From Armatimonadota bacterium (lineage in GTDB: Bacteria > Armatimonadota > HRBIN16), in assembly GCA_963677485.1 (NCBI GenBank), contig OY781964.1, forward strand, positions 1,504,001 to 1,568,000: a stretch of 64,000 nucleotides of DNA, written 5' to 3'. Of this stretch, positions 8,808-18,751 are shown in pieces (positions within the stretch are counted from its first letter, which is position 1; the number at the start of each line of letters is the position of its first letter). Made by a program: the position numbers and the translations under genes. Under the pieces are notes generated by a model. The model worked only from the letters and a program-made list of their open reading frames with translations. It ran no database searches and was not told the origin of the DNA.

Positions 8808-9229
8808 AATACATGCAGGCGGTGACCGCCGTATTTTTGACCAACGGATTTGTGATGCTGCTGATGCAATATCTGCCCAAAAGCGGTGTGACGGATGGGT
8901 ATGTGGTGCCATGCCTGGCACTGATGTGCGGCACAGGCATGATTTTCAGCTTCTTTGTGAAAGGCGAAAAGCAGCCTGAAGGTGGGGCCTCGAAACTTGG
9001 CTCGTTGGCCGCCGGAGTGATGGCTGGTCTGTTTTGGGCCGCCGGCCTGACCACGCAGGTGCTGGCGGTGCCGCTGGTCCCAGGCTACATCTTGTTCCCG
9101 GTGATCGCCGGGGCCAACACTCTGCTGGTCACCGTTGCCTCTCGCTACGTGTTCAAAGAGCACATCGGCAGGCGTGGGGTGATCGGCATCGGTTTGTGTA
9201 TGCTGGCGATTGTGCTGCTCAGCGTGTAG
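8804..9229 (+). CDS. EamA/DMT/SMR-like small membrane transporter subunit
   Basis: 141 aa, about five TM helices, ends ...YVFKEHIGRRGVIGIGLCMLAIVLL, typical of EamA domains. Confidence 0.8.
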   Translation: MKYMQAVTAVFLTNGFVMLLMQYLPKSGVTDGYVVPCLALMCGTGMIFSFFVKGEKQPEGGASKLGSLAAGVMAGLFWAAGLTTQVLAVPLVPGYILFPVIAGANTLLVTVASRYVFKEHIGRRGVIGIGLCMLAIVLLSV

Positions 9230-9246
9230 CGGTGGAGTGGACAGGT

Positions 9247-9369
9247 GGGATCCAACGCAATGACGCAAAGAAGCAAAGGCGCAGGGGGGGATTTATCTGC
9301 ACCACGGGTTATCAGCACCCTCCCTTTGCGTCCTTGCCCCCTTGCGCCTTGGCGTTTGGTCCCTCTCCA
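9247..9369. repeat. Imperfect hairpin element (AACGCAATGACGCAAAG...CTTTGCGTCCTTGC), left copy
   Basis: Direct repeat of 11091-11225. Confidence 0.88.
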
Positions 9370-9437
9370 CACCAAGCCGGATGTAAACCAAAACTAGAGA
9401 AACCAGACCCGTTTTTAGAAATTGGCATAAAAACCTC

Positions 9438-9465
9438 TTGACTCGCAATACTTAACAAGTATAAT
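9438..9465 (+). promoter_or_regulatory. Putative sigma70 promoter
   Basis: TTGACT-16 nt-TATAAT, upstream of an AGGAG RBS (9511) and ATG 9523. Confidence 0.65.
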
Positions 9466-9522
9466 GATCACATGACAGGCGATTGTGGCCTGTGTACGAT
9501 CCAAATTAATAGGAGTACCGCG

Positions 9523-9760
9523 ATGAAGAATTGCCTCGCCGTTCCGGTTGCGTTGTGCCTCTTGCAATTTATGGGGGGGGGCAGCACACGCTATGCCCAA
9601 TATGTGGAGTACGGGACAACCGATTAGTGCCACCATGACCGAATCCCCTGCGGGAACAGTCCATGCCCCCGGCACCAAAAGTTACACCATTACCGCCACC
9701 GACACAGACACCGCCTTTCCAGGTCATGTGGGCCCCGTGCCCCACCTTACAGTGCTATAG
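9523..9760 (+). pseudogene. Small secreted protein frameshifted at a G9 tract (9573-9581)
   Basis: With G8 the reading is MKNCLAVPVALCLLQFMGGAAHA-MPNMWSTGQPISAT...HLTVL, a signal peptide with an AHA site. With G9 it stops after 34 aa. Confidence 0.6.
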
Positions 9761-9774
9761 GGAGGCACATTGAT

Positions 9775-10980
9775 ATGAGAAAGCTAATTCCGTTCATTCT
9801 TGCTGCTACAGTTGTCATATCGGCCACTATTCCCATGCAATCCGCGATCACGCAGCAGCAAGCGATTCAGGCAGTCAGGAACTTTATAGGTGACCAGAAT
9901 GCTCAGGTGTCCATGACGCCAGGAGTGACTGAGATGACAACATCCACACCCTCGGAATCGTTCCTCGACTTTTGGGATGATAACAACCCTTATTACGATT
10001 TGACCAGCGGCAACTACCAGTATTTCGTGGATGGGAACAGCGGATTGATCAGAACGGTGATCGTGACATCTGACCTGAACGTCTATCCCGCCGATGCACT
10101 CAACTGCGAAACGATGTGGGCAAGATATAGTATGATGCCAAGAAACCACATGCAGCAGCCATCATCTGATACCTGGGTGCTTCGATTTCCAGATGGCTCG
10201 TGGGATCCGAGTGTTCAACTCAGTTTCTCAAGAACCGACGGTGGGCTAGTCGATCAGGTCACTGCATTCTATACACCAGTAGCTAGCACAAGACCAACCA
10301 TCACCGTTACCATAAAACAAGCCATCTCCATCGCTAAAACAATTGCCGGATCATATGCCTGGCAGGGTGAGGATGAGATTGTATATACATACCCCTATTT
10401 CGACATGGAGGACGCCGATGGTGTTGACTGGCGGACCAATGATCAAGGTCTGCCTGAACCTGTATATACCATCACTTTCATCGTGTCATCAGATCCGACA
10501 GTCAGTGCTGCATGGATTAACTCTGAGTCATCTCATGGCATGATGGACTGCGCAACATTCATCGTGTATGTTAACGCAGCGAATGGGTCTATTGTATATT
10601 CAGACGGCAGTGAATACCTTTGCTCCTCAGAAACAACGGGTGTGAAAGCAGACACCGGACTTATCGGAAAACAAAAGTCTGCCCGTTTGGTACCGTTCAC
10701 TACATTACAGGCTTTAGCTGGGAATCACAAACTAGCAGCGACTAAAGGTACCAAACTACTTCTCATTAATGGTAAGCGTATGGCTCTACCAGGCAGGGTG
10801 ATTTCAATCAAGAATAGGCTCTACCTACCATGGCAAGCACTGAATTACATACCAGGAGTGAAGGCCACCTATAAGGCGGAGTTGAATTCACTCGCGATAT
10901 CAACGACCGGGAAATCCGTAGCTGTAAAGATGCCGGTCGGCAAAAGTGTATCAACACCGGCGGTGAAGAAGGCGAAGTAG
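9775..10980 (+). CDS. Secreted protein with PepSY-like segments and a C-terminal copper-amine-oxidase-N/stalk-like domain
   Basis: Signal peptide; ITQQQAIQAV and ITVTIKQAISIAK...VYVNAANGSIV; LLINGKRM...NRLYLPWQAL; GGAGG RBS. Confidence 0.7.
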   Translation: MRKLIPFILAATVVISATIPMQSAITQQQAIQAVRNFIGDQNAQVSMTPGVTEMTTSTPSESFLDFWDDNNPYYDLTSGNYQYFVDGNSGLIRTVIVTSDLNVYPADALNCETMWARYSMMPRNHMQQPSSDTWVLRFPDGSWDPSVQLSFSRTDGGLVDQVTAFYTPVASTRPTITVTIKQAISIAKTIAGSYAWQGEDEIVYTYPYFDMEDADGVDWRTNDQGLPEPVYTITFIVSSDPTVSAAWINSESSHGMMDCATFIVYVNAANGSIVYSDGSEYLCSSETTGVKADTGLIGKQKSARLVPFTTLQALAGNHKLAATKGTKLLLINGKRMALPGRVISIKNRLYLPWQALNYIPGVKATYKAELNSLAISTTGKSVAVKMPVGKSVSTPAVKKAK

Positions 10981-10994
10981 ACACCAACACCCAT

Positions 10995-11025
10995 AACCGG
11001 CGCGGGCACCCCGCGCCGGTTTTTT
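10995..11025 (+). terminator. Intrinsic terminator
   Basis: AACCGGCGCGGG-cac-CCCGCGCCGGTT followed by a T-run. Confidence 0.8.
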
Positions 11026-11090
11026 CGTTTGGGGGTATGCAACACGTTGCAACGGGTCGGGCTATTTATCTGAACCAATGATGCCCCGGA

Positions 11091-11225
11091 TGGGATCCAA
11101 CGCAATGACGCAAAGAAGCAAAGACGCAGGGGATGCGAACCCGTTGGTCATTATCTGAACCACGGATTATCAGCACCCTCCCTTTGCGTCCTTGCCCCCT
11201 TGCGCCTTTGCGTTAGTTCCCTCCA
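11091..11225. repeat. Imperfect hairpin element, right copy
   Basis: Direct repeat of 9247-9369 with a short insertion in the loop. Confidence 0.88.
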
Positions 11226-11461
11226 GGCCATAATTCGTCTGAACCACGGATTTCACAGATGACACGCATAGGTTCGGATGGGAAGGGGTGCCAATCGGGA
11301 GATTGGCGTTCCTAGGTGAAGCGTCTTTGCGTTAGTTCCCTCTCCAGGCCCTGATCTGCGCCATCTGCGAAATCTGTGGATGCATATTCACGGTTGCCAA
11401 TCCACCACCAAGTCGCCTACACTGTATTTAATAACCAAGAACGAACTCAGGAGGTCATCCC

Positions 11462-12115
11462 ATGCGCACAGGTAAATATATCCTGCTATTGGCATTCATG
11501 GTGAGCAGCGTTTCAGCAATGGTGTGTGCGGCTGCCCCGAATTACACACCCGAGGTGGAGCAGATCAACGCGATGATACGTCGTGGTGACTGGAAACCGG
11601 TCATGGACAAAATACGTCAGCAGCCGATCCTCGCGCAGAGCAAAGATGCGATGGGTGCCACACCACTGCACACGGCCGCACAGCAGGGATATGTGCAAAT
11701 GGGGGCATGGCTGCTCACGATTGGCGCCAATGTCAACAGTAAAGACTACAGCGACCAAACCCCGCTTCACATGGCCGCCGATACCGGTCATGCCGAGATG
11801 TGCCGGATGTTGATCAAGCATGGCGCATCTGTGCGGGCTACGGACATCGACGGGCTGACACCTTTGCATGTAGCCACAAAAGGCAGGTGCGTAGCCGCGC
11901 TGGCATCGGCAGGAGCCTCGGTCGATGCACGTGACAAACTGAGCTTGACACCGCTCTTCTATGCTGTGGCCAGTGCCAGGGCGGATGTCGTGAAGGCGTT
12001 GATTCAAGCCCATGCGAATGTGAACATTCGTGACCAAAAAGGCAAGACCGCTTTAGTCTGGGCGCAGGAACGCAAACTGACCGAAATCGCCTCCTTACTA
12101 GAAGACGCTGAATAA
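11462..12115 (+). CDS. Secreted ankyrin-repeat protein
   Basis: Signal peptide; repeated GxTPLH..A motifs (GATPLHTAA, QTPLHMAA, GLTPLHVA, LTPLFYAV, GKTALVWA). Confidence 0.92.
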   Translation: MRTGKYILLLAFMVSSVSAMVCAAAPNYTPEVEQINAMIRRGDWKPVMDKIRQQPILAQSKDAMGATPLHTAAQQGYVQMGAWLLTIGANVNSKDYSDQTPLHMAADTGHAEMCRMLIKHGASVRATDIDGLTPLHVATKGRCVAALASAGASVDARDKLSLTPLFYAVASARADVVKALIQAHANVNIRDQKGKTALVWAQERKLTEIASLLEDAE

Positions 12116-12138
12116 ATAGCAGCTTAATCGGAGAATAA

Positions 12139-13407
12139 GTGATCATGACCAGATGGAATATTCCGGACACCGACCGCGACCGCTTGCGGGAACTGGCAAG
12201 GAAACAGGCCGAATATGCTGCGCTGCCAATCATGCAAGAACGCATCAAGCGGTGGTATGCACACAACGACATGCAGGGTGACCGGCCTATGGTGCATATC
12301 GAGGTCGGCACATTCGTCTCAGAGGTCATGCCTCCGCTGCTGTGCGGTTCGAATGCGGCCCGCGCCATTGAGAGCCAGTTGATAATGAACATGATCAACC
12401 ACGAGCTGATTGATGACGACCGTGTGGTAGCCGATCACTTCGGAATAGGCTGGTGGAGCGGCTTCCGTCTGTTCGACATCGATATCCAAAGGTCGTATGC
12501 TAAAGACTCACGCGGGCAGAACCTGGGATTTCACATCGACTACCCCATCACCGACCTGGAGGCCCAGATCGATGGGCTGCAGCCCAGCGTGTACAGCGTG
12601 GATAAACCCGGAAGTCTGGAGTATAAGCAGTTTGTCGAGGAGATATTTGGCGATATCCTGCCGGTGCGGTTTGTGGGGGGCACCCCTGGCAACAACCCCA
12701 GTTACCGGTTGATTGAGCTGATGGGCATGGAAAACGTGATGTGCGCCATGAAAGAGTGCCCGGATGCTTTGCACCGGCTGATGCGCATGGTCACGGATGA
12801 CATCAAGACCTACCACCAGTTCTGCGAGCAGAACGACCTGCTGATAGTGAACAACGGCAACGACTGGGCGGGTCAGGGCACTTTCAGCTTCACCAATGAA
12901 CTGCCTGCTGAGGGTTATAACCCGGCACATGTTCGGCTGAAAGATATGTGGGGATACTCCGATTCGCAGGAGTCGGTGGGGTATTCGCCTGCTGCCTACC
13001 ATGAGTTTGTGGGCCCATATTACCATGAACTAATGGAGCTATTCGGCCTGAACAACTACGGCTGTTGTGAACCGGTGCATCCCTATTGGGAGAAAGATAT
13101 CCAACACTTCCCCAATCTGCGCAAAGTGTCGATATCTCCCTGGTGCGATGAGGCCTTCATGGGCGAAGCGCTGCGTGGACGGCGAACCATATTCCACCGT
13201 AAACCGAGCCCGCAGTATCTCAGTGCCGAAGGCAAGCTGGACGAAGAGGCATATGGCAAGCACATTCTGGCTACCATGACGGCGGCCAAGGGCTGCAAGC
13301 TGGAGTTCAGCTACCGCGATGTGTATATGCTGGGCGGTGATGTGAATAAACCGCGCGAGGCTGTGGCCCTGATGCGCCGCCTGTTTGATAAATACTGGCA
13401 ACCGTAG
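12139..13407 (+). CDS. Uroporphyrinogen decarboxylase/MtaA-like TIM-barrel protein, function unknown
   Basis: LMGMENVM..M...PD.LH, EFV.PY...L...FG..YGCCEP and SISPWCD patterns. Confidence 0.65.
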   Translation: MIMTRWNIPDTDRDRLRELARKQAEYAALPIMQERIKRWYAHNDMQGDRPMVHIEVGTFVSEVMPPLLCGSNAARAIESQLIMNMINHELIDDDRVVADHFGIGWWSGFRLFDIDIQRSYAKDSRGQNLGFHIDYPITDLEAQIDGLQPSVYSVDKPGSLEYKQFVEEIFGDILPVRFVGGTPGNNPSYRLIELMGMENVMCAMKECPDALHRLMRMVTDDIKTYHQFCEQNDLLIVNNGNDWAGQGTFSFTNELPAEGYNPAHVRLKDMWGYSDSQESVGYSPAAYHEFVGPYYHELMELFGLNNYGCCEPVHPYWEKDIQHFPNLRKVSISPWCDEAFMGEALRGRRTIFHRKPSPQYLSAEGKLDEEAYGKHILATMTAAKGCKLEFSYRDVYMLGGDVNKPREAVALMRRLFDKYWQP

Positions 13408-13627
13408 ACGGAAAACCCTCGATTGACGGGTCGGCACCTGATGGCAGCAGACATTCGTGAATTATACGGTATAATTTGAGGTACCGGAGCCCTGACGTTC
13501 CGGCCCCAAACGAGACGGTTAGACATGACTGTCCACGCGGCACCCACGACGGAAAGTATCTTGTAAGACTACCGAGCGATCGGTAAGTCTGAGTCATCCC
13601 TCACCATATAGATTAGGGGTAACACTC

Positions 13628-13858
13628 ATGTTACAAGCGTTGCTTTCCCCCGGGTTGCAAAGTCGATCCACACAGGTTCGGGTTCAGCAGTTGCTGTTCC
13701 AGATCCGCTTGTTCTTTCGAGGGCTACTGTGGGCATTCAGCGCGATCGCGGTCATGGTGTTCCTGTTCTTAGTGCTGTATAGCTCCAAGAGCCTGTTGGG
13801 AATAGATTTCTTTCCCAGCGTGCATTTCAGGGATATCGTAGCTACGTTCACGATGTAG
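13628..13858 (+). CDS. Small single-TM hypothetical protein
   Basis: 76 aa with a hydrophobic stretch then KSLLGIDFFP; AGGGG RBS; TATAAT at 13470. Confidence 0.55.
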   Translation: MLQALLSPGLQSRSTQVRVQQLLFQIRLFFRGLLWAFSAIAVMVFLFLVLYSSKSLLGIDFFPSVHFRDIVATFTM

Positions 13859-14211
13859 TGTATGGCAACTGCATCATGCGGCCTTCCTTCGGGAAGGCCG
13901 CCCGGATTTTTAGAGCACGGGGGCGTCTCCCCTGGGCACGCCAATCTCCCGATTGGCTCCCTCTCCATCCGAACCTATCCGTGCCATCCGCTTAATCCGC
14001 GGTTCAGACAATCCGGGCATCGGACGGATAGGACGGATGGGACCGATCGTGTGGGGGTGACCGGCGGTCACCCTCGTCAGACGGCGACGTGTAGGGGCGC
14101 GGTTTCCGCGCCCAGGGGCGGGGAAACCCCGCCCCTACAACGGTTCAACGGGCGACCTCCGGTCGCACCGATTGTTATACGACCATCAAGAGGGCGAGGC
14201 ACGCCTCGCCC

Positions 14212-17200
14212 CTACTCGATGATGCTGAACTCCGCGAGGCCGCTGAACTGCTGGCCGGCTTGTTCACTGAGGGCCACCAGCTTGATATACCTCGCCTCGA
14301 CCGCGCCGTTGAAAAGAACCTGCTGAGGTATCGCGGTGTTGGCCAGGCGTCCTTTGGCGATACAGGAACCCCAGCCAAGACCATCTTTGCTGATATACAC
14401 CTCGTAATCCGCAATGCGGCCGTTGACCATATCGACGCGGCTGGTCAGCAAAAGCCCCTTGATACTGCGCATCTGCCCCATGTCCACCGCGACCCAGTGC
14501 GGCAGCATATCGATCTGTGCGCCCCATCTGGTGTGCCAGTAGCTGCCTTGCCGTCCATCCAGGATGTTGTTCACGCTTTCGGGGCCACCTTGGTCGCTGT
14601 CACAGCCAAGCACACGCCAGCCCGAACGATCTACTAGATAGATCCGCGGGACGCTCTGTATCAGCACGGGCAGACTGTGTTTGCTGACATTCACAGTCAG
14701 CGGCTCTTTGCCCACCAGTTTAATCGGCTGTGTATAGGCAAGCTCGGGTTGACCGTCCACGGAATAGCTCACTTTCGCGGAGCTGTCGGGGTTGATCAGT
14801 TGTATCAAGCCCGCGCCGTCCTGCCACATCGCGACGGGTTTCACGCGCTCCGGCGCAGACTGCTGGCTCAGGGTCTGTGCCTGCTTTTGTCCGCCGGACA
14901 ATGGCTTGATGATGAAGCTGAAGGTGGCTGGGTCATTGTAGAGCGTATATTGCGGCAACGGACCGGGCCCGCAAGCTGCAGAACCCACACCCATCGTGCC
15001 GGCACTGACGCACAACGCGGTGAGCTGACTGGTCGGCAACAGATGCCGATAATTCACGCTGCCCAGTTGCTCATCAATATATGGCAAGGCCGAGAAGGCG
15101 AAAGGCGATCCGCTGCTCTGCACCATCACACCCTGACCTGTGCGGTCGGTGAGGGCAGTCCAGCGGGTATCCATATGGTTGCCGCACTCCATAGATGCAA
15201 CGTATTGGGTGAGTTGCTGTGCCACGCTGCTGCGATAGAGGCCCAGGTCAGCTCCGCGCATCCGGTCCGGGTAGTTCTCCTGAGGTCCACGCCCGTAGTA
15301 ACTCAGCTGGTTCAGTGCGGGGTTCAACAGCATCCGCATACCCATCCTGGCGATCACGCCGCGAGGGGTGAGCGGGATGACGCTGATATCCACCGCGATG
15401 CTGCCATCGGCCTGAATTAGGTAGCAGACGGTTTGGTGGAAGACCGGCACGCCGTCGCCAAGCCAGTCGATCTCTGCATCAACCCGGATGCTCGATGGCG
15501 ATATCGGCTCCACAGAAACCCTGCTGGCTTTGGCTTTCAGATCGTTCAGCCCCATCGCCTTCCAGTCGGATGCGGCCCAGAAGTCATCATTCACATGCGG
15601 GGCGCGATAGGTCCACAGTCCAAAACCACCCTTTGGGTCCAGCAGTGGCCGTCCATGGTAGGCGAGTTTAGTGAGCATTCCGGTCTGACGATCGATGCTG
15701 GCTTGCAGTTCCTTCGTGCTAAACTCCAGTTGCGCGGCGCTCTGCTTCAGTGTGATGGCATTCGTCACCACTGGCGCTGCCATTGCGGTCTGTTTGATGG
15801 GCAGCACCCACTGACCGCTGGCCAGCTCGTAGCCTTTCGGTGCCCAGAGGGTGGCGTTCTTCAGCCGAAATCCCAGTTCCAGCAGATACTCCGTGCCAGG
15901 AAGGGCCGTCATTGAGCCGATCGGGATTTGCATATCGCGGCTGGCTCCAGGCTCCAGTGACAGGCTGGGTAGTGTGCCTTCTCGCAGCAGCACGCCCTGC
16001 TGTTTGACCCGCCAGACCATCTCAAACTGGTCAGTATTCGTGAACGCATAGCGGTTGGTGACACGGATGCTGGGCTTGCTCAGGTCTGCCGCTGCCATCT
16101 TGATCCACTGGTAGACACGCTTCACCTCATAGTATTTTGGCGTGGGTGTGCGGTCGGAAAACACCACTCCCTTGATGATGAACGCCCCGTGGTTGGGCTC
16201 ATCGCCAAAACCGCCGCCCATCGCCAGGAAGGGTTTGCTGGGGTCACGGCGGTTCCAAAGCACTTGGTCCTGCCACTCCCAAATCGCCCCACCCATCAGC
16301 GCCGGGTTCTCATCGATGATGTCGTTGTATTCACCCAGCGCGCCCATGCTGTTGTTCATCGCATGGGCATACTCGCACAGGTAGAAGGGCTTGGTGAAGT
16401 CCCCTTTGGCCACAGAGGCACACTCGGCCGGCGAGCTATACATTTGGCTGTCGATATCGGTGGGGTTGTTTTTGCCATACGGATAGCCCTGGTAGTGGCT
16501 GGGACGCGAGTCATCCAGCAGCTTAAGGCGGGCCAACTCCGTGTCCAGGTTCGAGCCGCTGTAGCTCTCGTTGCCCAGCGACCAGATGACCACGCTGGGA
16601 TGGTTGCGGTCGCGCATGACCGAGTTGGTGATGCGCGCCTCATACTGAGCGCGCCATTCGGGCGATTTGCTGATGCCCTGGGCGTAGTCGCCGTGGCACT
16701 CCACATTCGCCTCGGCTACGAGGTAGATGCCGTATTGGTCGCAAAGCTCATACCAGCGCGGGTCATTGCTGTAGTGGCTGGTGCGCACGTGGTTGCAGTT
16801 GGCCTGTTTCAGCAGCTTGAGGTCGCGGATGCGCTGGGCATCGGTCTCCACATGGCCGGTGTCAGGCCAGTTCTCGTGCCTGTTGGAGCCCTTCAGCTTG
16901 ACCGGCACACCGTTAATGCAGAACAGCCGGCCCTTCACCTCCACCTTTCGGAAGCCTGTGCGGCAACTGACGATCTGCTTTGTCTCAGCGTCACCTTTGA
17001 GTGTCAGCACCGTGGTGTAGAGGTAAGGATGCTCCGCATTCCACTTGGTGGGAGCCTTGACCAACATCGTCACATCGTAATGGCATGTTGAGTTCACCGT
17101 CAGAGCGGGTATTATCACGGTTCTTTGCACCCCGGTCGGTTTACCAGCGGCGTCATACAGCTCCACCATCAGCTCGCGTGATGGGGTTGGCTCCGACGAG

Positions 17201-18051
17201 GTGTTATTTACCTCGAGCTGCACGTTCAGAATGCCATTTTTGTAGTCAGAGTCCAGGTCGCCATTCACAAAGAAGTCCTGTATGTGCTGCTTGGGGGTGC
17301 TCCAAAGACGCACGCTGCGGAAAATCCCGCTGAGGAACCACATATCCTGGTCCTCCAGATAGCTGCCCGCGCTGAAGCGGTAGACCTGCGCGGCCAGAAG
17401 GTTCTTGCCGGGCTTGAGGAAGGGCGTGATGTCAAACTCCGCCACCGTGCGGCTGTCGGTGCTGTAGCCCACATATTGGCCGTTGACCCACAAAAACAGG
17501 TTGGAGTCCACCCCATCAAAGGAGATCAGCGTGCGGCGCGACTTCCAGTTGGCCGGCAGGTCGAACCATCGCCGATAACTGCCCACCGGGTTGCGCTCGG
17601 TGTAGGTGGTCCAGTTCTTGTCCGGCGTGCCCATCACATGCGGCGGATCGGTCTTGAATACAAACCCTGAGCATAGATAGTTCGGGGTTCCGTAACCCTT
17701 CATCTGCCAGTTGGATGGCACCGCGATGCTCTTCCACTTCGAGGCATCATACCCGGGCTGCTCAAAGCCGATCGGACGCATCTCTGGCGAGGACACCCAG
17801 TGGAACTGCCACTGGCCATCCAGCATACGGCAATATGGCGAGTTGGTCCGGTCGGCCTTTAATGCCTGTGACAGGCTGCCATACGGCATCATCGTGGCAT
17901 GAGGCGGCAGCTTGTTGATGCCTGTGATGGTGGGGTCTTCTATCTCGCGCGGAAAGGGCAGCTCATCGGGCGAGGCCCAAGCCACGGCGAGAGGTCCCAG
18001 CAGCAGACCGAAGAGCGCTGCGCAGAATGTAAGTGTGGGAAACAGCTTCAT
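14212..18051 (-). CDS. GH2 beta-galactosidase (LacZ-type) with C-terminal F5/8 type C (CBM32-like) domain
   Basis: YLEDQDMW.LSGIFR, VRTSHY, WSLGNES (acid/base), LCEYAHAMNN (nucleophile); C-terminal WHTRW...VDMG...LAEF. Signal peptide from ATG 18051. Confidence 0.95.
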   Translation of the reverse strand: MKLFPTLTFCAALFGLLLGPLAVAWASPDELPFPREIEDPTITGINKLPPHATMMPYGSLSQALKADRTNSPYCRMLDGQWQFHWVSSPEMRPIGFEQPGYDASKWKSIAVPSNWQMKGYGTPNYLCSGFVFKTDPPHVMGTPDKNWTTYTERNPVGSYRRWFDLPANWKSRRTLISFDGVDSNLFLWVNGQYVGYSTDSRTVAEFDITPFLKPGKNLLAAQVYRFSAGSYLEDQDMWFLSGIFRSVRLWSTPKQHIQDFFVNGDLDSDYKNGILNVQLEVNNTSSEPTPSRELMVELYDAAGKPTGVQRTVIIPALTVNSTCHYDVTMLVKAPTKWNAEHPYLYTTVLTLKGDAETKQIVSCRTGFRKVEVKGRLFCINGVPVKLKGSNRHENWPDTGHVETDAQRIRDLKLLKQANCNHVRTSHYSNDPRWYELCDQYGIYLVAEANVECHGDYAQGISKSPEWRAQYEARITNSVMRDRNHPSVVIWSLGNESYSGSNLDTELARLKLLDDSRPSHYQGYPYGKNNPTDIDSQMYSSPAECASVAKGDFTKPFYLCEYAHAMNNSMGALGEYNDIIDENPALMGGAIWEWQDQVLWNRRDPSKPFLAMGGGFGDEPNHGAFIIKGVVFSDRTPTPKYYEVKRVYQWIKMAAADLSKPSIRVTNRYAFTNTDQFEMVWRVKQQGVLLREGTLPSLSLEPGASRDMQIPIGSMTALPGTEYLLELGFRLKNATLWAPKGYELASGQWVLPIKQTAMAAPVVTNAITLKQSAAQLEFSTKELQASIDRQTGMLTKLAYHGRPLLDPKGGFGLWTYRAPHVNDDFWAASDWKAMGLNDLKAKASRVSVEPISPSSIRVDAEIDWLGDGVPVFHQTVCYLIQADGSIAVDISVIPLTPRGVIARMGMRMLLNPALNQLSYYGRGPQENYPDRMRGADLGLYRSSVAQQLTQYVASMECGNHMDTRWTALTDRTGQGVMVQSSGSPFAFSALPYIDEQLGSVNYRHLLPTSQLTALCVSAGTMGVGSAACGPGPLPQYTLYNDPATFSFIIKPLSGGQKQAQTLSQQSAPERVKPVAMWQDGAGLIQLINPDSSAKVSYSVDGQPELAYTQPIKLVGKEPLTVNVSKHSLPVLIQSVPRIYLVDRSGWRVLGCDSDQGGPESVNNILDGRQGSYWHTRWGAQIDMLPHWVAVDMGQMRSIKGLLLTSRVDMVNGRIADYEVYISKDGLGWGSCIAKGRLANTAIPQQVLFNGAVEARYIKLVALSEQAGQQFSGLAEFSIIE

Positions 18052-18403
18052 GAAGACTCCTTTGTTGAGACCTGACCGTATCCGTACCGGCGGGCAGGAT
18101 GGGATGATACGTAAACTCACCTGTTCTCATGATATAACTAACTGCCACCACAGCGTTACCAAGCAGGCGATCATTTACCTATAATACGAGCCTGAACCTG
18201 CATAAGACGTAAATCCTTAGTAGCTCGATTGCGGGCTGGCATCCTTCGACAAGGCTGACCGGCCCCGCTCGGGCTATCGTCTGAACCACGGATTACACGG
18301 ATTGACAGGATGACACAGATGGGAAGATCGCCGCCCGCGTCGCTTTGCGCCTGCGGGCGCTTTCGGGGAAGGCCTTGCGCCCGCTTGCGGGCTGCAAATG
18401 CCT

Positions 18404-18520
18404 AGACGCGCGGTGAGGGAACCCCGTTTAGGGACGCCAGTCCCGTGGGGTGACTAAACCCGCGGCAGTGTGGGCTGGTAACCCCCGATATTTACGATCA
18501 GCCCCGTGTCGATGGGTTCC
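18404..18520. repeat. Dispersed repeat (GACGCGCGGTGAGGGAACCC...GGGGTGACTAAACCCGCGGCA)
   Basis: An inverted copy lies at about 39345-39470; shares modules with the ~617-bp tandem unit. Confidence 0.8.
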
Positions 18521-18751
18521 ATCTCATCATCCGCCGCTGATGGCTGAGGTGTTATATCGGGCAATGGGTAGGCCCAATAAGTGGCTACCATCGGGTCTCT
18601 GACAAGCCTGTGACCGTGAATCGCTTCCGCTACCGCCGGCAAATCACATCCCGCATGATGCCGCCCTCGACTTCATCTGGCAATATCCGGTATAACAAGC
18701 ATGACACACCATCAAAACCATGATCAGCCCGACCGCACCAAGGAGTCCATA

